Shown: positions 37,549 to 50,594, counted from the first letter of the whole stretch. The stretch: DNA of 63,212 nt, filler included, from Reclinomonas americana ATCC 50394 (GCA_048213135.1; 16 parts of 16 records of this genome joined end to end with filler, not necessarily neighbours in it), one strand, 5' to 3'. Numbers and translations are program-made. The notes: generated by a model from the letters alone, not told the origin.

Positions 37549-38753
37549 ATCATAATCTGCTTCATTTTGTTTGTTTTTTATACAAGCTCCATCTCTGTGC
37601 CGGTGAAGCGCGGCTTGGCGGCTGTGAGCTGGCACTCACGTTTCCTCAAGTCGTCGTCTCTGTTGCTGTCGTCGTCGTCGTCGTCGTTGCTTCGCCTTGC
37701 GATCAGAAGCACCAATGACGCAGACTTGCTGGTGACTGTGGGAGGAGGAGCACAGTTGTCGACGAGTTTTCTTCGCTCCACCAGCTGCTCAACGTGGCCG
37801 TCGGAGGCGGTGGCGATGGTGGTGTACGTGACTGGCGGCATGTGTTCTTTTCTCCTCACAAACGATGAAAAAACCGATTTCAAACGGACAGATTTGGCTT
37901 TCACAAAATAAAATAAAAGGCTTTTGTTGGTATTTTCGATGCTGCAGCACGAGCATTGTGGATAGGAGAGTGGTGGTGGCCGGTCCGACAGCAGCAACGT
38001 GCAGCGAAGTATGCAGCAAGGATACCGAAAGTCGATATTGGGTTTACGATGTGGTCGGCGCAGAAGTCGAGCCTGACATGAGGAGCGAAGCTATTCTCGA
38101 CAGCTCCATCTGTGTAGCCTGTGACTGACCTGCACGGCCACCTGCAGTTGACGGCCCAGGCGAATTTGTTGATCTTCGAGCGATATTATCGACTTGCAGC
38201 AGCTCCCGGATGAGCGCGGAATACAGTTTTCTATGCCGCAAACACATGCATCTATTGCGGGCACAACTGTTGTAGCCGCAGGATCTCTCGTCATTCGCTG
38301 AATTCGAATTCGTTCAGCAACTTGACGACAACTTCGAATTCGAGTCTTCGCCTCGGCGCAGCATACGCGGAACTGCAATAGATCGTCAGTCTGCTCGCAA
38401 CACAGACAGCACGCCCGACTTGTCTACAAGGGCCCTTTGCCCAAATTCGAATTCGAACACAATCGCGAGAAACGGAAAAACTCACCACCAGCTCGCTCAC
38501 CGCGTCGACGTTCTGAGTATGGCCGCACTTGATTCGCAAGAACAGCTGCTGCAATACAAAATCGCCACCACCCGTGTACAAAAACGTCACAAGACGTGAT
38601 TTGACGTTTCCGTAAACTCGCACACATGCAATTCATCGGACAAAAATCACGCCGAAACCACTCCCACCAAATCATCGGAAAACACACGCGCGCGACCACC
38701 ACGCGGCGGTGGAGGCTAGACAGACAGATAGAGAGACAGACAGACAGACAGAG

Positions 38754-41700
38754 ATGGACGAGGACGACGCCTGCAGCTGGGGCGACGACCAAGCGCTTCT
38801 CGACGACGACGAAGTGTGGGCGGCAATCGACTCTGAAGACGACCACGACGAAGACGAGCAGCAAGAAGACGACGACGACGACGAAGACGAAGAAAACGCA
38901 GTTGGTGGAGAGGACAGCACACCTCATCGCCGACCAGCAGTGCCACACGGAGGCGGGAGTGCCAGTGGCGATGATTCTCCCGTGCAACCGCTCCCGCGAC
39001 TGCGTTTCGCCAGTCTTGATGACGACGATGATGAAGTGCGAAGTGCAGTAGTGGAGAGAGTCACAGTTGACAGCGCGTTGCACGTGGACGACTTGAGAGG
39101 CGACGAGGAAGCGGTTGCAAGTGGAACTGACTGTGCGTGATTGATGCGGACACGCGCCCGTGACCATACTCTCTTACTGACACACATGCTTGCTCACAGT
39201 GGCGAGGAGTGGTGGCTTGTCGTCCTCGCGGCTGCTGCTGTTGCGCGAGTTCACTAACAAGGCCGAGGCGTGCTTGACTCCGGAGCCGCGACGTGGACGC
39301 CCGCGTGTGCACGAACTCGTGGCCGATGCAGAGAGTGGACACAAGGTGCACACACACACACACACACACACACAGTCTCTCTCACACACACTCCTCCCTC
39401 TCCCTCTTTCACACATGATTGTTGATGCGCATCTCATGCATGGTTCATTTCGCGCACACAGACACTGCTGAAGGTCATCAATACTCCGTCGCGCTCGGCG
39501 ACCTCTGCGCTGTCCTTCTCGTCATCGTCATCATTACCGACACTGGGATTGTCATCGTTGTCGGCGTCGGATATGACGGATGTGGGAGTGCAGGCGGTGC
39601 TGGCGGCGGTGCAAGCGGGCGATGAGCATGTGGAGCTGCTGCGGCGATTGTTGGAGTTGCGGCCGGAGCTGTCGCGTGTGCTGGCACCGGCGCCGGCTTC
39701 GTACTTGTCGTCGGCCAGTTGCTCGTCGTCGTCGGCGACCTCGTCGTCGTCGTCGACACCGGCGGCGTCGTTGGTGTCGTCGCTGGGTGAGGGCGGTGGG
39801 GCGGGTGAGGAGGCAGGCGAGGGCTTCCTCACGTCAGCGCTGCACGAGGCCGTGGCCAGCAACTCGTATGAGGTGCGTGTGTCTTCTTTTGAGCGTTCCG
39901 TGGTTGATTTCGGAGCTCAATCCGCGTTTGGTCGGGGCGTAGTGCGCCAAGTGCCTGTTGGAGGTCGGAGCTGACGTGGATGTAGTGGATATGGAGGGCG
40001 TCACACCGCTGGCGTTGGCTGCGTCGACGGCGCACGCCGATATCTTTGAGTTGATATTCTCGCAAGGTGGGACACGGTCGGGGGCAAAGGGAGAGGAGTA
40101 GTTTGTGTCTGACAAGTTGTTTGCGTTTGTCAGGGGCGTCGTTGTATGCGATCTGCGATGCGGGAGAAACGCTGCTGCACAAGGTGTGTTAATGAAGAGG
40201 GGTGTGTTCTGTGGGAGTAAGATTCACTTATTCTCTGTCGCAGGCGGTGCAAGGTGGTGATGTACGGATTGTGGAGCTGGTGCTGCGATACTTTGAGGCG
40301 TCAGATCCACGTTCGCAGTGGAAGACACGCGATGCGTTTGTGCTACACCGCGACAGTGACGGCCAGTGTGCCGTGCACTTGGCGATGCAATCGGGGTGAG
40401 TTGGATTATTGGGTTCTCTGCTCTGTCCCTTTCGATACCCATCTCACTCGCTTCGCCCCTCTGTCGCTTCCCCCCTTTCTGTCGCTTCCCCCCATTCTGT
40501 CGCTTCCCCCCTCTGTCTCTTCCACTCTACTTCCCTCTCTGTCGCTCTCCCCGGCTGTCGCTTCCCCCCTTTGTCGCTCCCCCCTCTGCCGCTTCGCCCC
40601 TCTGTCTCTTCCCCCTCTGCCGCTTCCCCCCGCTGTCGCTTCCGCCCTCTGTCGCTTCCCCCTCTGTCGCTTCCCCCTCTGTCGCTTCCCCCTCTGCCGC
40701 TTCCCCCTCTGCCGCTTCCCCCTCTGTCGCTTCCTCTCTGCCGCTTCCCCCTCACCCGTCCCCCTTCCCCCCTTCCCCTTCCGCCTCTCTCTGACTCCCT
40801 TGTTTGTGTCCCACAGCTCGAAGAATGAGGTGGAGGACGAGGACGACGACGACGACGACGACGACGATGATGATGATGATGACGCTGCCACAGCTGGCGA
40901 CGGCTGTGTACTCTCGTCGTCACCGGGCGACATGCCACTCGGCAGTCGGAGCGACCGCACGGCTCCGTCGACGTCAGTGGCGCGCGACTACTCTGTTCCG
41001 CGCCGCATGATGGATGTTATTGTACGCTACTGCCCGGCCATGAATGTTGCGTCGCGTGTGCGTGCTTCCCCCGACAAGAACAAGGATTCTGACTTGCCAT
41101 CAGTGGACGGTCCGTGATGGACGCGGATTTGCGCCCATTCATTACTGCTGCTCGGAGGGCGACGTGGAGGGCGTGGAGAGGTTAATTCGGCTCACGGCCG
41201 AGCCCGACGTGCTCAGCGACAGCGGAGTTGCGTTGTGACGACATGACCCTCACTCTTTGCTCGACGATTCCCTCACTCTCTTTCTCTCTGTGCAGCGGAC
41301 ACCTCTCTTTGTCGCAGCAATGCTGGGCATGGCGCCGGTGGTCGATGCTCTGCTGCGGTACGGACGGAGGTTTGGGTTGGACGTGAATCGTGGTGACGAG
41401 AGGGGTCGAACGCCGCTCTTCATGGCCTGCCGTCTCGGCGCCGTACAATGCGTTCAATTGTTGCTCCACGCCGGAGCGGCAGTGCATGTGGCCGAAAATG
41501 TTGCGTGTGCTAACTTGTCGTATGCGCTCAACTCAGCCAGTCACTCAATTCCTTCCGGCACACAGGTAACACAACAAACACCTCTGCACGTGTGTGCCAG
41601 TGCCGGGGTGCGGCGTGCCGAGTCACTTGAGTGCGCCAGGCAAATGATTCGTGCCGTGCGATCGCTTGCGTGTCCCGTGACCGGTGAGTGCTACGTTCAT

Positions 41701-42230
41701 GCATCAGCGTGTGCGGCGAGAGAGGCAGTCACTCACATTGATTTGCGTGACAGTGGAGAACTCGGGCAGCAAGACCGATCGACTGGATGCGATCCTGCGG
41801 TGGCTGAGAGCGCGCGACGCAAGTCGAGCGTCGGCCACGGAGCTCGCGGTCGGTGCGATGAACGACGAGATGATTGACTATCTCGACTCGGTGGAGGATC
41901 AAATCGTCAAGGAGGTGCGACAGCAGTTCACAGTGGAGGCCCCAGCCGTGTCGACACTGTTCTCTGTCTCGCCGACGGCGACTGCATTTGGCAGCGAGAC
42001 GTACAGCAACAGCTCAACTGCCGCCACCACCACCACCACCACATCAACGTTGATGTTTACAAAGGTTTGTATGCGATTGCTATCGTCTCTTCCGCGCGCA
42101 TGATGAACTCACACACCCACGCACACAGACATCATCAACATTCCATGAAACTCCAGTGTCGTCGACTGACAGTTTCCCACTGGACTCGTCGGATAATGGC
42201 AGAAGCTTGAGTGCCGTTACTGTCGACTGA
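38754..42230 (+). CDS. Ankyrin-repeat protein with acidic N-terminus
   Basis: SALHEAVASN, DMEGVTPLALAA, DAGETLLHK/AVQGGDVRIVELVL, DSG/RTPLFVAAMLG, DERGRTPLFMACRLGAVQCVQLLL, QQTPLHVCA. TGA at 42228-42230. Confidence 0.88.
40450..40790. repeat. 15-bp intronic minisatellite CTCTG(T/C)CGCTTCCCC
   Basis: Regular 15-nt period at about 40647-40735 with degenerate copies on either side. Confidence 0.9.
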
Positions 42231-42766
42231 GAGACAATCTGTATTTTTTCTTGCCGTCTTGTAGTATGGAGGGAGGGGGGTTAGTTTGGATCAATCGAAG
42301 AAAACAACAACAACAACAGAAACAATAATCGTGTTGGATGCTTGACTGCAGCACACCAATAAACACTGCGAAGCAACTGATGGTCATTCACTGTTATGCG
42401 GGGGCCGCAGCAGCAGCAGCAGCAGCAGCTGGGGCTTGCCGTACACCGAATATAGACGAGCCGACACGCACACTGGTCGCACCGGCCATGATCTGTGCCG
42501 TGTCACAGGAAGTCAGTCGCAGCACAGCAGCGGATAATCGATGAAGCATTGTTGTTGTTCATGCACGTGAAGTGTTGGCAGACGGAGGTACCCACTCGTG
42601 TGCGTGCACTCATTTGTGCCTCTGAGCCTCGCTGCACTGTGTGTGTGCTCTCATTTGTGCCTCTGANNNNNNNNNNNNNNNNNNNNNNNNNNNNNNNNNN
42701 NNNNNNNNNNTTAATTAATTAANNNNNNNNNNNNNNNNNNNNNNNNNNNNNNNNNNNNNNNNNNNN

Positions 42767-43462
42767 GAAGAACAAGGCGGAGGAGAAGAACAGCGAGACA
42801 CAACTGTCCTCGCCACTGGTGTTGACCTGCACCAACACTCGCAGCGGATTCTCCGGGCGAAACTCCGCGCACGCCTTCTGCAGCGCGTCGGCCAGCTTTG
42901 GACGATCAACAGACTCCACCATCCACAGATTCGGCACCGCTGTCCACACACATGCGCATGAGACACACAGAGACAGGCAAACAAGAGAGAGACAACACAC
43001 AACCTGGCACCAGCTTGCGGACCTTGTTGGTCTGCAGATGACCAATCAGATGCCACCGCACCTGCACAGGCAGCTGCACACACACAGAGAGGGTAAGCAG
43101 CACAGTCAGTGTATGTGTGTGTGTGAGACTCACCAGTGGCGCCTTCTCCATCAGTTCCTGCACATAGTTCTCGCCTGCGCATGCACGAGTCAAGCACGTG
43201 CAGTAGTGGAAAGTGCAAGCGAGTGAAGTGTCTCACCAAAGTGCAACTGGCCCTCATCTATGCACTGCTGCACCATCTCCGCCGGCTTGGTCTTGCTGAC
43301 GGCCACCAGTCGCACCTTTTCTCAAAAGTCACAAAAAGAGAGACAAAAGACACAAAAGAGAGAGAAAAGATGGCATACCTCTGGTCCCACTCCTCGTCGC
43401 GCAATCGCTGCAGCAATGCGAGAGCGCACCGCCTGCAATGCCTGCGCAATCTCACTTGACAT
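42767..43462 (-). CDS. PLPBP: Pyridoxal phosphate homeostasis protein (PROSC/YggS), 3' truncated
   Basis: VRLVAVSKTKP, F/GENYVQELMEKA, RWHLIGHLQTNKVRKL, PNLWMVESVDRPKLA, LRVLVQVNTSGEDS. Confidence 0.95.
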
Positions 43463-43571
43463 AGTGATTTGCTGTGATTGAGGACAGATTGCGCGTGGAC
43501 AGTGCAGCTCGCGTGCCAGCAACGTTAACTGTCCCTCGTGGTGTTTTTCTTTTTCCGTCGTTGTGAGCAAA

Positions 43572-44548
43572 ATGGCCGACGTGACTGCGGTTGCAGAGTG
43601 TGGAAAGAGCCAGTTCGACTTTGGCGGTTGCGTGCTTTTGCCATGTGTGTGTGTCAAAAAAGCAAACGCGGCTATTAATAGCTATTGCAGGCAACTCGGC
43701 GTGCAGCTCGATCGACTGTCAAGTGGCCACGCTGTTTTTGCACGGGCAGGCACTGGATGCTGCAGTTACGCACACGCGCATGTGTGTGAGAGTCGACTGT
43801 TGTTTCCACTCTCTCTCTCACACACGCATGCGCACAGTCACTGGAGCAGGCGCTGGTGACAGGCTCGGCGCTCAACCCGGCCGATGCGCACCAGAGCTTC
43901 ATGGATCTCGTCGAAAATGTGCCGCATTACACTGCAAACTTGTCGGTGGTGCACAATGAGCAATTTTCCATTGTCGTTTCGTCACTCTTGATGTTCTTGT
44001 CTCTCTGTGTGTGCATGCTCTTACTGTTTTGTTGCAGGATGGCGCTGAGGCGTATGAAATGGCGCTTCTGATGGCCTCCACGCTGCAGGAGGCCGGCAAG
44101 ATGGTCATCTTGCTGACCAAGCCGCCAGAGAGCGTCGCCGTGCTGCGCGACAGTTGCGAGCCCTTCTGCATCCTCTCACCCTGTCCTCTATCTCACGCTC
44201 TCTCACTCCATAGCGACTGGATCGCTGGGCGGCTTCGAGTGGCTGCTGTACGACTCGCACCCGCGCGACTATGCGCTCGGCGGCGGTGCGAGGCGCCTCA
44301 ACTCGGCCATTGTTGGCTTCCCGTCGCTGACGCACCTGAGCCAGCACTTGGTCGGTATTCTGCCGCCCATGGCCATGGAGGGCGATGGCGAGGAAGGTGA
44401 GGCAGTGGTGTGTTCCTGTCGTGAGCGATGACTGGGAGACTGACTTGTGTGGCTGCGCGCAGAAATGATGTTGAGCTTGATCTACAACATGTGCGAGATC
44501 ACGGTTGTGCAGCTCAAGGAGGGCGCCGTGTACAGCGCTCCTGCGTAA
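43572..44548 (+). CDS. Hypothetical protein
   Basis: Exons DGAEAYEMALLMASTLQEAGKMVILLTKPPESVAVLRD/TTGSLGGFEWLLYD...FPSLTHLSQHL.../EMMLSLIYNMCEITVVQLKEGAVYSAPA-TAA. The start codon is uncertain. Confidence 0.5.
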
Positions 44549-47500
44549 TTCTCTTTAGTCGGATGCAGCTGCAGCAGCTTTGCATGCTTTCGTTTTGTGA
44601 CCATCACATAATACAGTCAGCCTGTCCAGGTCCGACAAAAAAGGAAAAACACTTAAAAAGGAAATGCGAGCACTCCCGCCCATTTCATGCTGGCAGCTGT
44701 TCACGCGAAAGCCTCTAGGGTGCGGAAGTAGACGCCCCAACGCGTCCAAGTATGCACGACGTCTGTGAAACTCGGAAGAGTTGGTAAACGTTTCACAACA
44801 ATTCTCGCTGTCGTGAAATTGTTGGTCACAGTCGATACGCGGTCGCACTGCAAACCCGCACCGACGTTCAGTCGACTGTCAGTATCGCGAAATCGTCGAC
44901 CAAGGTGCCTTCTGTACACAGCCAGGGCGGTTGGATAAAGCTGATCTGCGCCTTGTCCCACAACGGGTAAAGGGTCAAGGGTCAAGGGTCGAGGAACAGC
45001 GATTCCACGCACGCGGATGACGGGTCTGGGGTAGAAAAAGACGCTGATCACACTCACGCATCGGTTCAAGGGTAAAGGGCAGAGGAAGACACTGATTTCA
45101 CATGATTTCAAGGAAAATGGACAAATTTGGTCAAGGCGCAGATCAGCTTTATCCAATGACCACAGCCAGGACTGTCCCATGCCGTACGGCACCGGAACAA
45201 TTCGGCAACGGTGCCGTCCGGCACCGTCCGGTGAAAATCCTCCCTTAGTGAACCCTTACATGCAACCAATGAATACGGTACCGTCCACGGTACCGGCTCG
45301 GCACCGTCCGGGTACATTTCTACCACTTAGCCGTCCCTAATTCTTCCGGCAATCGACAAAAAAGGAGAAAAAAACTCACCAGTTCTGCTGAATGAAGCTC
45401 ATCCGGCGTCGTCCGGTGTCGGCACGGTGCCCATTTTAGCCGGGGCTGCCCCCGCCCCCCGCCCCCGCCCCCCCGCTCCGCTTTGCATGCACTCCCTCGC
45501 CCCACCACCCACCATCTACAACAGGCAATGGATTCACTCATCCTCATATAAAATGCTCTATTAGAGAAAAAACAAAGAAAAACGCCAGAGTCGGAAACTC
45601 GTGAAGTCCTCCGCATAGCGTTGACCCAGGAAGCGCCACCAATCACGAGAAGCATCCATCACCCAGCAATCGGTGGCACACGAACTACTGGCACAATCCA
45701 GCTCCACCCCAGAAGGATTCAGCACCTCCGCATCTCTGTCATCAGACGAGATCGACCTCCTCCTTGTAACAGCTCGGTAACAGCACCGGCAAAGAGCCAT
45801 CCAACGTCACAAGCGTTCCACAAGCAAGTCTGGGCACGATCGTAAACAGCCGATCCACCGTCAAGCGGAGACGCCAGCACCCGTCATTCGGCAGCAATGC
45901 AGTCAAGTCTTAAAACACATTACCGTGAACGAACTCCACAGAGCCTCCACGAAGATGAGCGAGTATCTGCACGGCGAACGTCGCATGAGAACGTGCAGTT
46001 CGTACAGCGCGAAGTGTCTCACAAAGCATCTGTGCATCAAGTCAGCAGGAGGGCTGAAGAGAGTGAGACTCACCATCAAACCGAATGTACTATCTGTGCC
46101 ACTTGGTTCGTTCGAATGCACCATCGTCAATGCTGTTGCTCGGTTGAGCAAGAAGCCACTTCGATACAGTGTCAAGCAACCGAGATCATGAAGCACATGA
46201 TACTGCACAGCTTTTTGCTCACCTCGTCGAGAACGGAGAAAGCACCAGGAGACATGTCTGCCACAAAACAGCACACCACGGCGCACATCGCAGTCGCCGG
46301 GAGCACGCACTACTCATGGATGCCGACGACACGAGTGGCACTGCAACGGTGTCAACACGTAACAACGAAGACGACGCTGCCGTGAAGGTGACGGGCCAGA
46401 TACAATGAGGGCTCCTGCTAACAGGCTCAGTCACGCCGATCGCTGCATGTAGAGCATTGCAGCATTGGTGCCAAAGCTGCTCAACCAGAGAGAGAACAGA
46501 TGGCGCAAGAGGTTACGAGTGCTCACATGAGATGAGAAGCTTAAGTGTGTGTGAGGACACCACAACAGCCAAACCTCAAAGAGATCATGGATGATGTGCG
46601 TTATCACGAGCTCGCAGGTAGCAAGGCACGCACCAACGGTGCATAGTGGTTCACTGTGCTGCTACAGACGACGGCCTCTTCGGTGAGTGACATGCTCGGA
46701 AAAATGCTCAAACAAACAAGTCATCACTCACACGATGGGAACAACGTGGCAAGGCACACGCGCATCAACAGTGGGCCACTCTCACATGCATCACTGAGTG
46801 TGTGCTGGAGAAGCCTGTCTCGACGCAAGGATACGCAGGCATGAACAAGGGTGAGCAAGGAAGCACAGCGGAAAAATGCTCAAACAACAAAAAATACTCA
46901 CTTGCCACGCCAAGACGGCAGAGGCTCAAGCAGCGTGAGTACTGAACATGGTCAGAGAGGGACAGCACACGGATCAACTCTGTGCACTTGACACACGGAG
47001 AGCGACTTCTGCGCGCGGAAGCAAGCGAACAAGAGAGACAAGTCGTCGGTTGATCACACTGGAATGTCAGAATGCTCACTCGCAAAGAAACAGTGGCAGT
47101 GGTGCACTGCTGCAGCAACCATCCACAACAGTGTGGCAAAGAGCACGCCAACCGCTCGTCCACGTCGACAGTGGATTCGACTGTTGCGCGAGAGATGCAT
47201 CAACAAAAGCACCACACCATTGCAGCGCACATGCAGAAGATGGCACGCTGGCCGCTGGCCGCTGCGCTGGCGAGTGATCACGAAGCGACAATGGTCGGGG
47301 CCTCGCAATGATCACGTGCACGGCTGGGCTCGAGTGCGTGATGCGTGATCAATGCGTGGGGATGCCATCCATGCATTCTCGCGACACTGTTCGGTGATGC
47401 AGGATGTCAGAGACGGTGCCGTTCGGAGACTCGTGGAGGTGGTGAGTAACAGGACGGCATCGGAATCGCTGGCGATAGCCGAACTGTCCGGCACCGGCGC

Positions 47501-47663
47501 TCTTCGAGCTTTGCCCGTCACCGTACCGACACCGCATGGACAAAGGTCCAACGGTAAACCGTCNNNNNNNNNNNNNNNNNNNNNNNNNNNNNNNNNNNNN
47601 NNNNNNNTTAATTAATTAANNNNNNNNNNNNNNNNNNNNNNNNNNNNNNNNNNNNNNNNNNNN

Positions 47664-50594
47664 CATCGTGCACTCGCGTCGTTTGAGCCAGCAGGCAAAC
47701 GCTGGGTTGTGTCGGATAGCCGCAAATTGACAGTCACGCCATCAACACAGACGCCTCGAGCAAACAAGTCCACAAGATCGCTCGTTACACGGCGCTCCAG
47801 CACGGCAACATATTCGTTCTGGTGATTGCTCTGCTTCAAGTCGCGACGCTCCTCACTGCGCACACCACCAACACGCTTGTTATTATGCGCACTGCAACAG
47901 CACAGCATCTATAGCTAATGAGCCCCCATGCGCAACTGGTGTAGCTTCTCGCCAACTGCCTCGGACACGTAGCAGCACATGCCAGCCTGTTCCTCCTGCT
48001 GGAGAGAGTGCGTCAGTGCGTGGGTCTTGTAGGATTCGACGGATACACAATCGCCACACGCTCTGCGCATACGTGTTCGTGCCGTGAGTGAGGAGCGTGA
48101 TCACAATTGCGCGGCATTCGACGACACACTCACCCAATGACGGCTCGCAGATACCAAATGGTTCGCGCGTACGCTGCATCGTCACTGCTATCCCGATGAG
48201 TGGCCATCGTGTGCGAGTAGTAATCCGCCAGCGCCGGAAAGAGAAGCAAAGCTGGCTCATCCTCCATCAACGTGAACAGCTCGGCCTCCGAATACGACGG
48301 ACAGTACTTGACGAGCACCACTGCGTGAAGCGAGCATTCTCAGTGTGAGTGCTCACGCACAACTCCGAATGCATGCGTGTGTGTGTGGCTTGCAGCTGGC
48401 TGGAAACAGCCTCACCTCGCAGTGCAAACATGATGACATGAGTTACGGCGATCCAGTCTCGTCCAAGGAAGGAACCACAGTTGTTGGCGAATGAGTAAAT
48501 GACGCGAGCCAGTGTCGGATCGTCGCCTGACATGGCACTTATGAAATCGGCCAGGTCCGACATCATCTGGCCGACACGACGATGCTCTTCTCGTCGACGA
48601 GACGCAGAAAGCAGATTTCGAGTGCGGCGCGGAAACGAACAGCAATGCCCTCAGCAACTATGTGAAGATCGATGGGCAGCAAAATATCTCGATGAACCTG
48701 CGTGCGGGGTGTCGGTTGTGAGTTTTTGAAGGCGAGGGAAAACCTAAAACACATACACAGGCACGCACGTTAAAGTCCGGCAAGTCGGTGACGAGTGCCG
48801 ATGCAGGGTTCCTGTCACCTGCCACACCCAGTATAACCGACATCTTCCTCTTCGCAACCACTTCACGTGTGTGGTCTAGATTGCGCCAAACCACCTTTGG
48901 TCGCACACCGACAAATTGGTCGCGGACAACGACAGGATGCGGCAGTCTGCGGGCAGTGGATAACATTCGATCCAATCCTGTAGCCAGCATGCACCACCGT
49001 GCAAGTGAGGATTACGCAACACAACGAGAGTGCTCCATTACACACACTCACCATGGCACCACCAGCAGTGTAGCTGGCGAATAACCGCAGCAGCCTCCTG
49101 CGCCTCAGGGCCGTCGGCTGAGTGGAACAGCAGGTCGGCTACCACCCACAACTTCCGGCCATTGATCTCCGCTACAAAGCCATTTCGAAGCCGGTTCATA
49201 GAAATGGTGAGCTGTTTGTATGCTGACATGTTGCTCGTCTCTGCAAGACCATTCTCGAGCGTAAGGCACCTCGAGCGTAAATACGGCTCATCACTACCCG
49301 CGTATGCGCACCTGGTGGCGTGAGACCAACGCACGGGTAGTAGCGGGATTTTCCAGAACGCAGCTCATCGGCCGGCCGATTGACAATCGCCAGGTGCAAT
49401 GCACCTGTTGGTCGCTGCGCGCGTGTGCTCAGTGACTCTGCATCAGCGTGACAACGAATACAGTCAGTGCACGCATGCTGCTGGCAACAAACAAAGTCCA
49501 CATCACTCACCCTTGAGATCATCATAGTCTGTCTTTACAAACAATACCACCACATCGTCCGCGCCGGCCTCTGTTGCCCGGACCTCCATCGTGTCATCAT
49601 ACTGCAATCAAGACAGTCTCTCTCTTAGTCTAACAACTGCGAAATGAGCAGCCGAAACAACAGCAGCCTACCGTCAGCGCGACACCACTCTCAGTGCCGC
49701 GAATCTGATCGTCGGTGCATTGCACAAAGGCCATCTTGCCGCCGGCAACAACATTTGTAGGCATGACGCACAGCAATGGGACGCTGCGTGGACGATCGGC
49801 GGAAAGCATGTCCACATCGTTCCATCGGAACACTGGACTGGAAACTCGTCCGAGCACCGTCCCGGGATTGAGTGTGACTTCCACAACAGCCGCCGTTGAC
49901 GGATGTCTCGGCCACACCAAGAGGCAAGCAAAGCGCTGAGCCACATCTGCTGCTGGTTCACCCCAAACACGAACATTATTCTGCCGTGCAAGCACTGTTT
50001 GTCAGCGCTACTGCAGGAGACAACAATCAAACATGAATCGGCGCAACTGAGGGATACGGATGGCTGTCAAACAACCACAATTGCACCACGGTTCTTTTGA
50101 CTCCGTTGGGCCGGCTCCACCTGCCACATGCGCAAGTGTACACGTTGGCAACACGGGATGCATGCCAGCACATGTACAAACGACAGTGGATGATGATTAA
50201 CAACTCAACGACATCCCACGAATTCAGCACCTTGGCAATCACGTCCGCGCCGTTAACAGCAGCGCACACAAAAGAGTTCTTCCAGAGAGCGACGCGCTTG
50301 CCGTTCCCGAGGGTCGCATACGTGACAAGAGCATGCAGCTCCTTCGTCTTCACTCGCGCCCCTGTCATGGGCCCGCGACGAATAACGCTGCCGGGTGTCT
50401 GCGGAGGTGCCGGGGGTCGTTGGTCACGGGGAGCGGGCGACACACACACTGGCGCGCGTTGAAACACACAATACCTTGCCAGTAACATGCAAGTGACGAG
50501 GTGTGAGGCTATCCAGTGTACCAGGCAGTGCCAGCTGACGAGCAATGGCCTTCTCCAGCCGCATGTAGTGGCCTGGTTGCTCGTTGAAATGCTT
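47664..50594 (-). mobile_element. CMC-superfamily (CACTA/EnSpm-Plavaka-like) DDE transposase gene with spliceosomal introns, probably degenerate
   Basis: Motifs in the expected order: VLFVKTDYDD; LHLAIVNRPADELRSGKS; RLRNG...VVADLLFHSADGPEAQEAAAV...CWWC; DFN/VHRDILLPIDLHIVAEGI; CGSFLGRDWIAV; YKTHALTHSLQQEEQAG...SEAVGEKLH/HEERRDLKQSNHQN. At least one junction does not restore the frame. Confidence 0.65.

Noticed and set aside
37578..38623. Possible minus-strand gene between the STE24-like and ankyrin genes
   Set aside because: No consistent stop-free spliced model or recognisable motif could be built.
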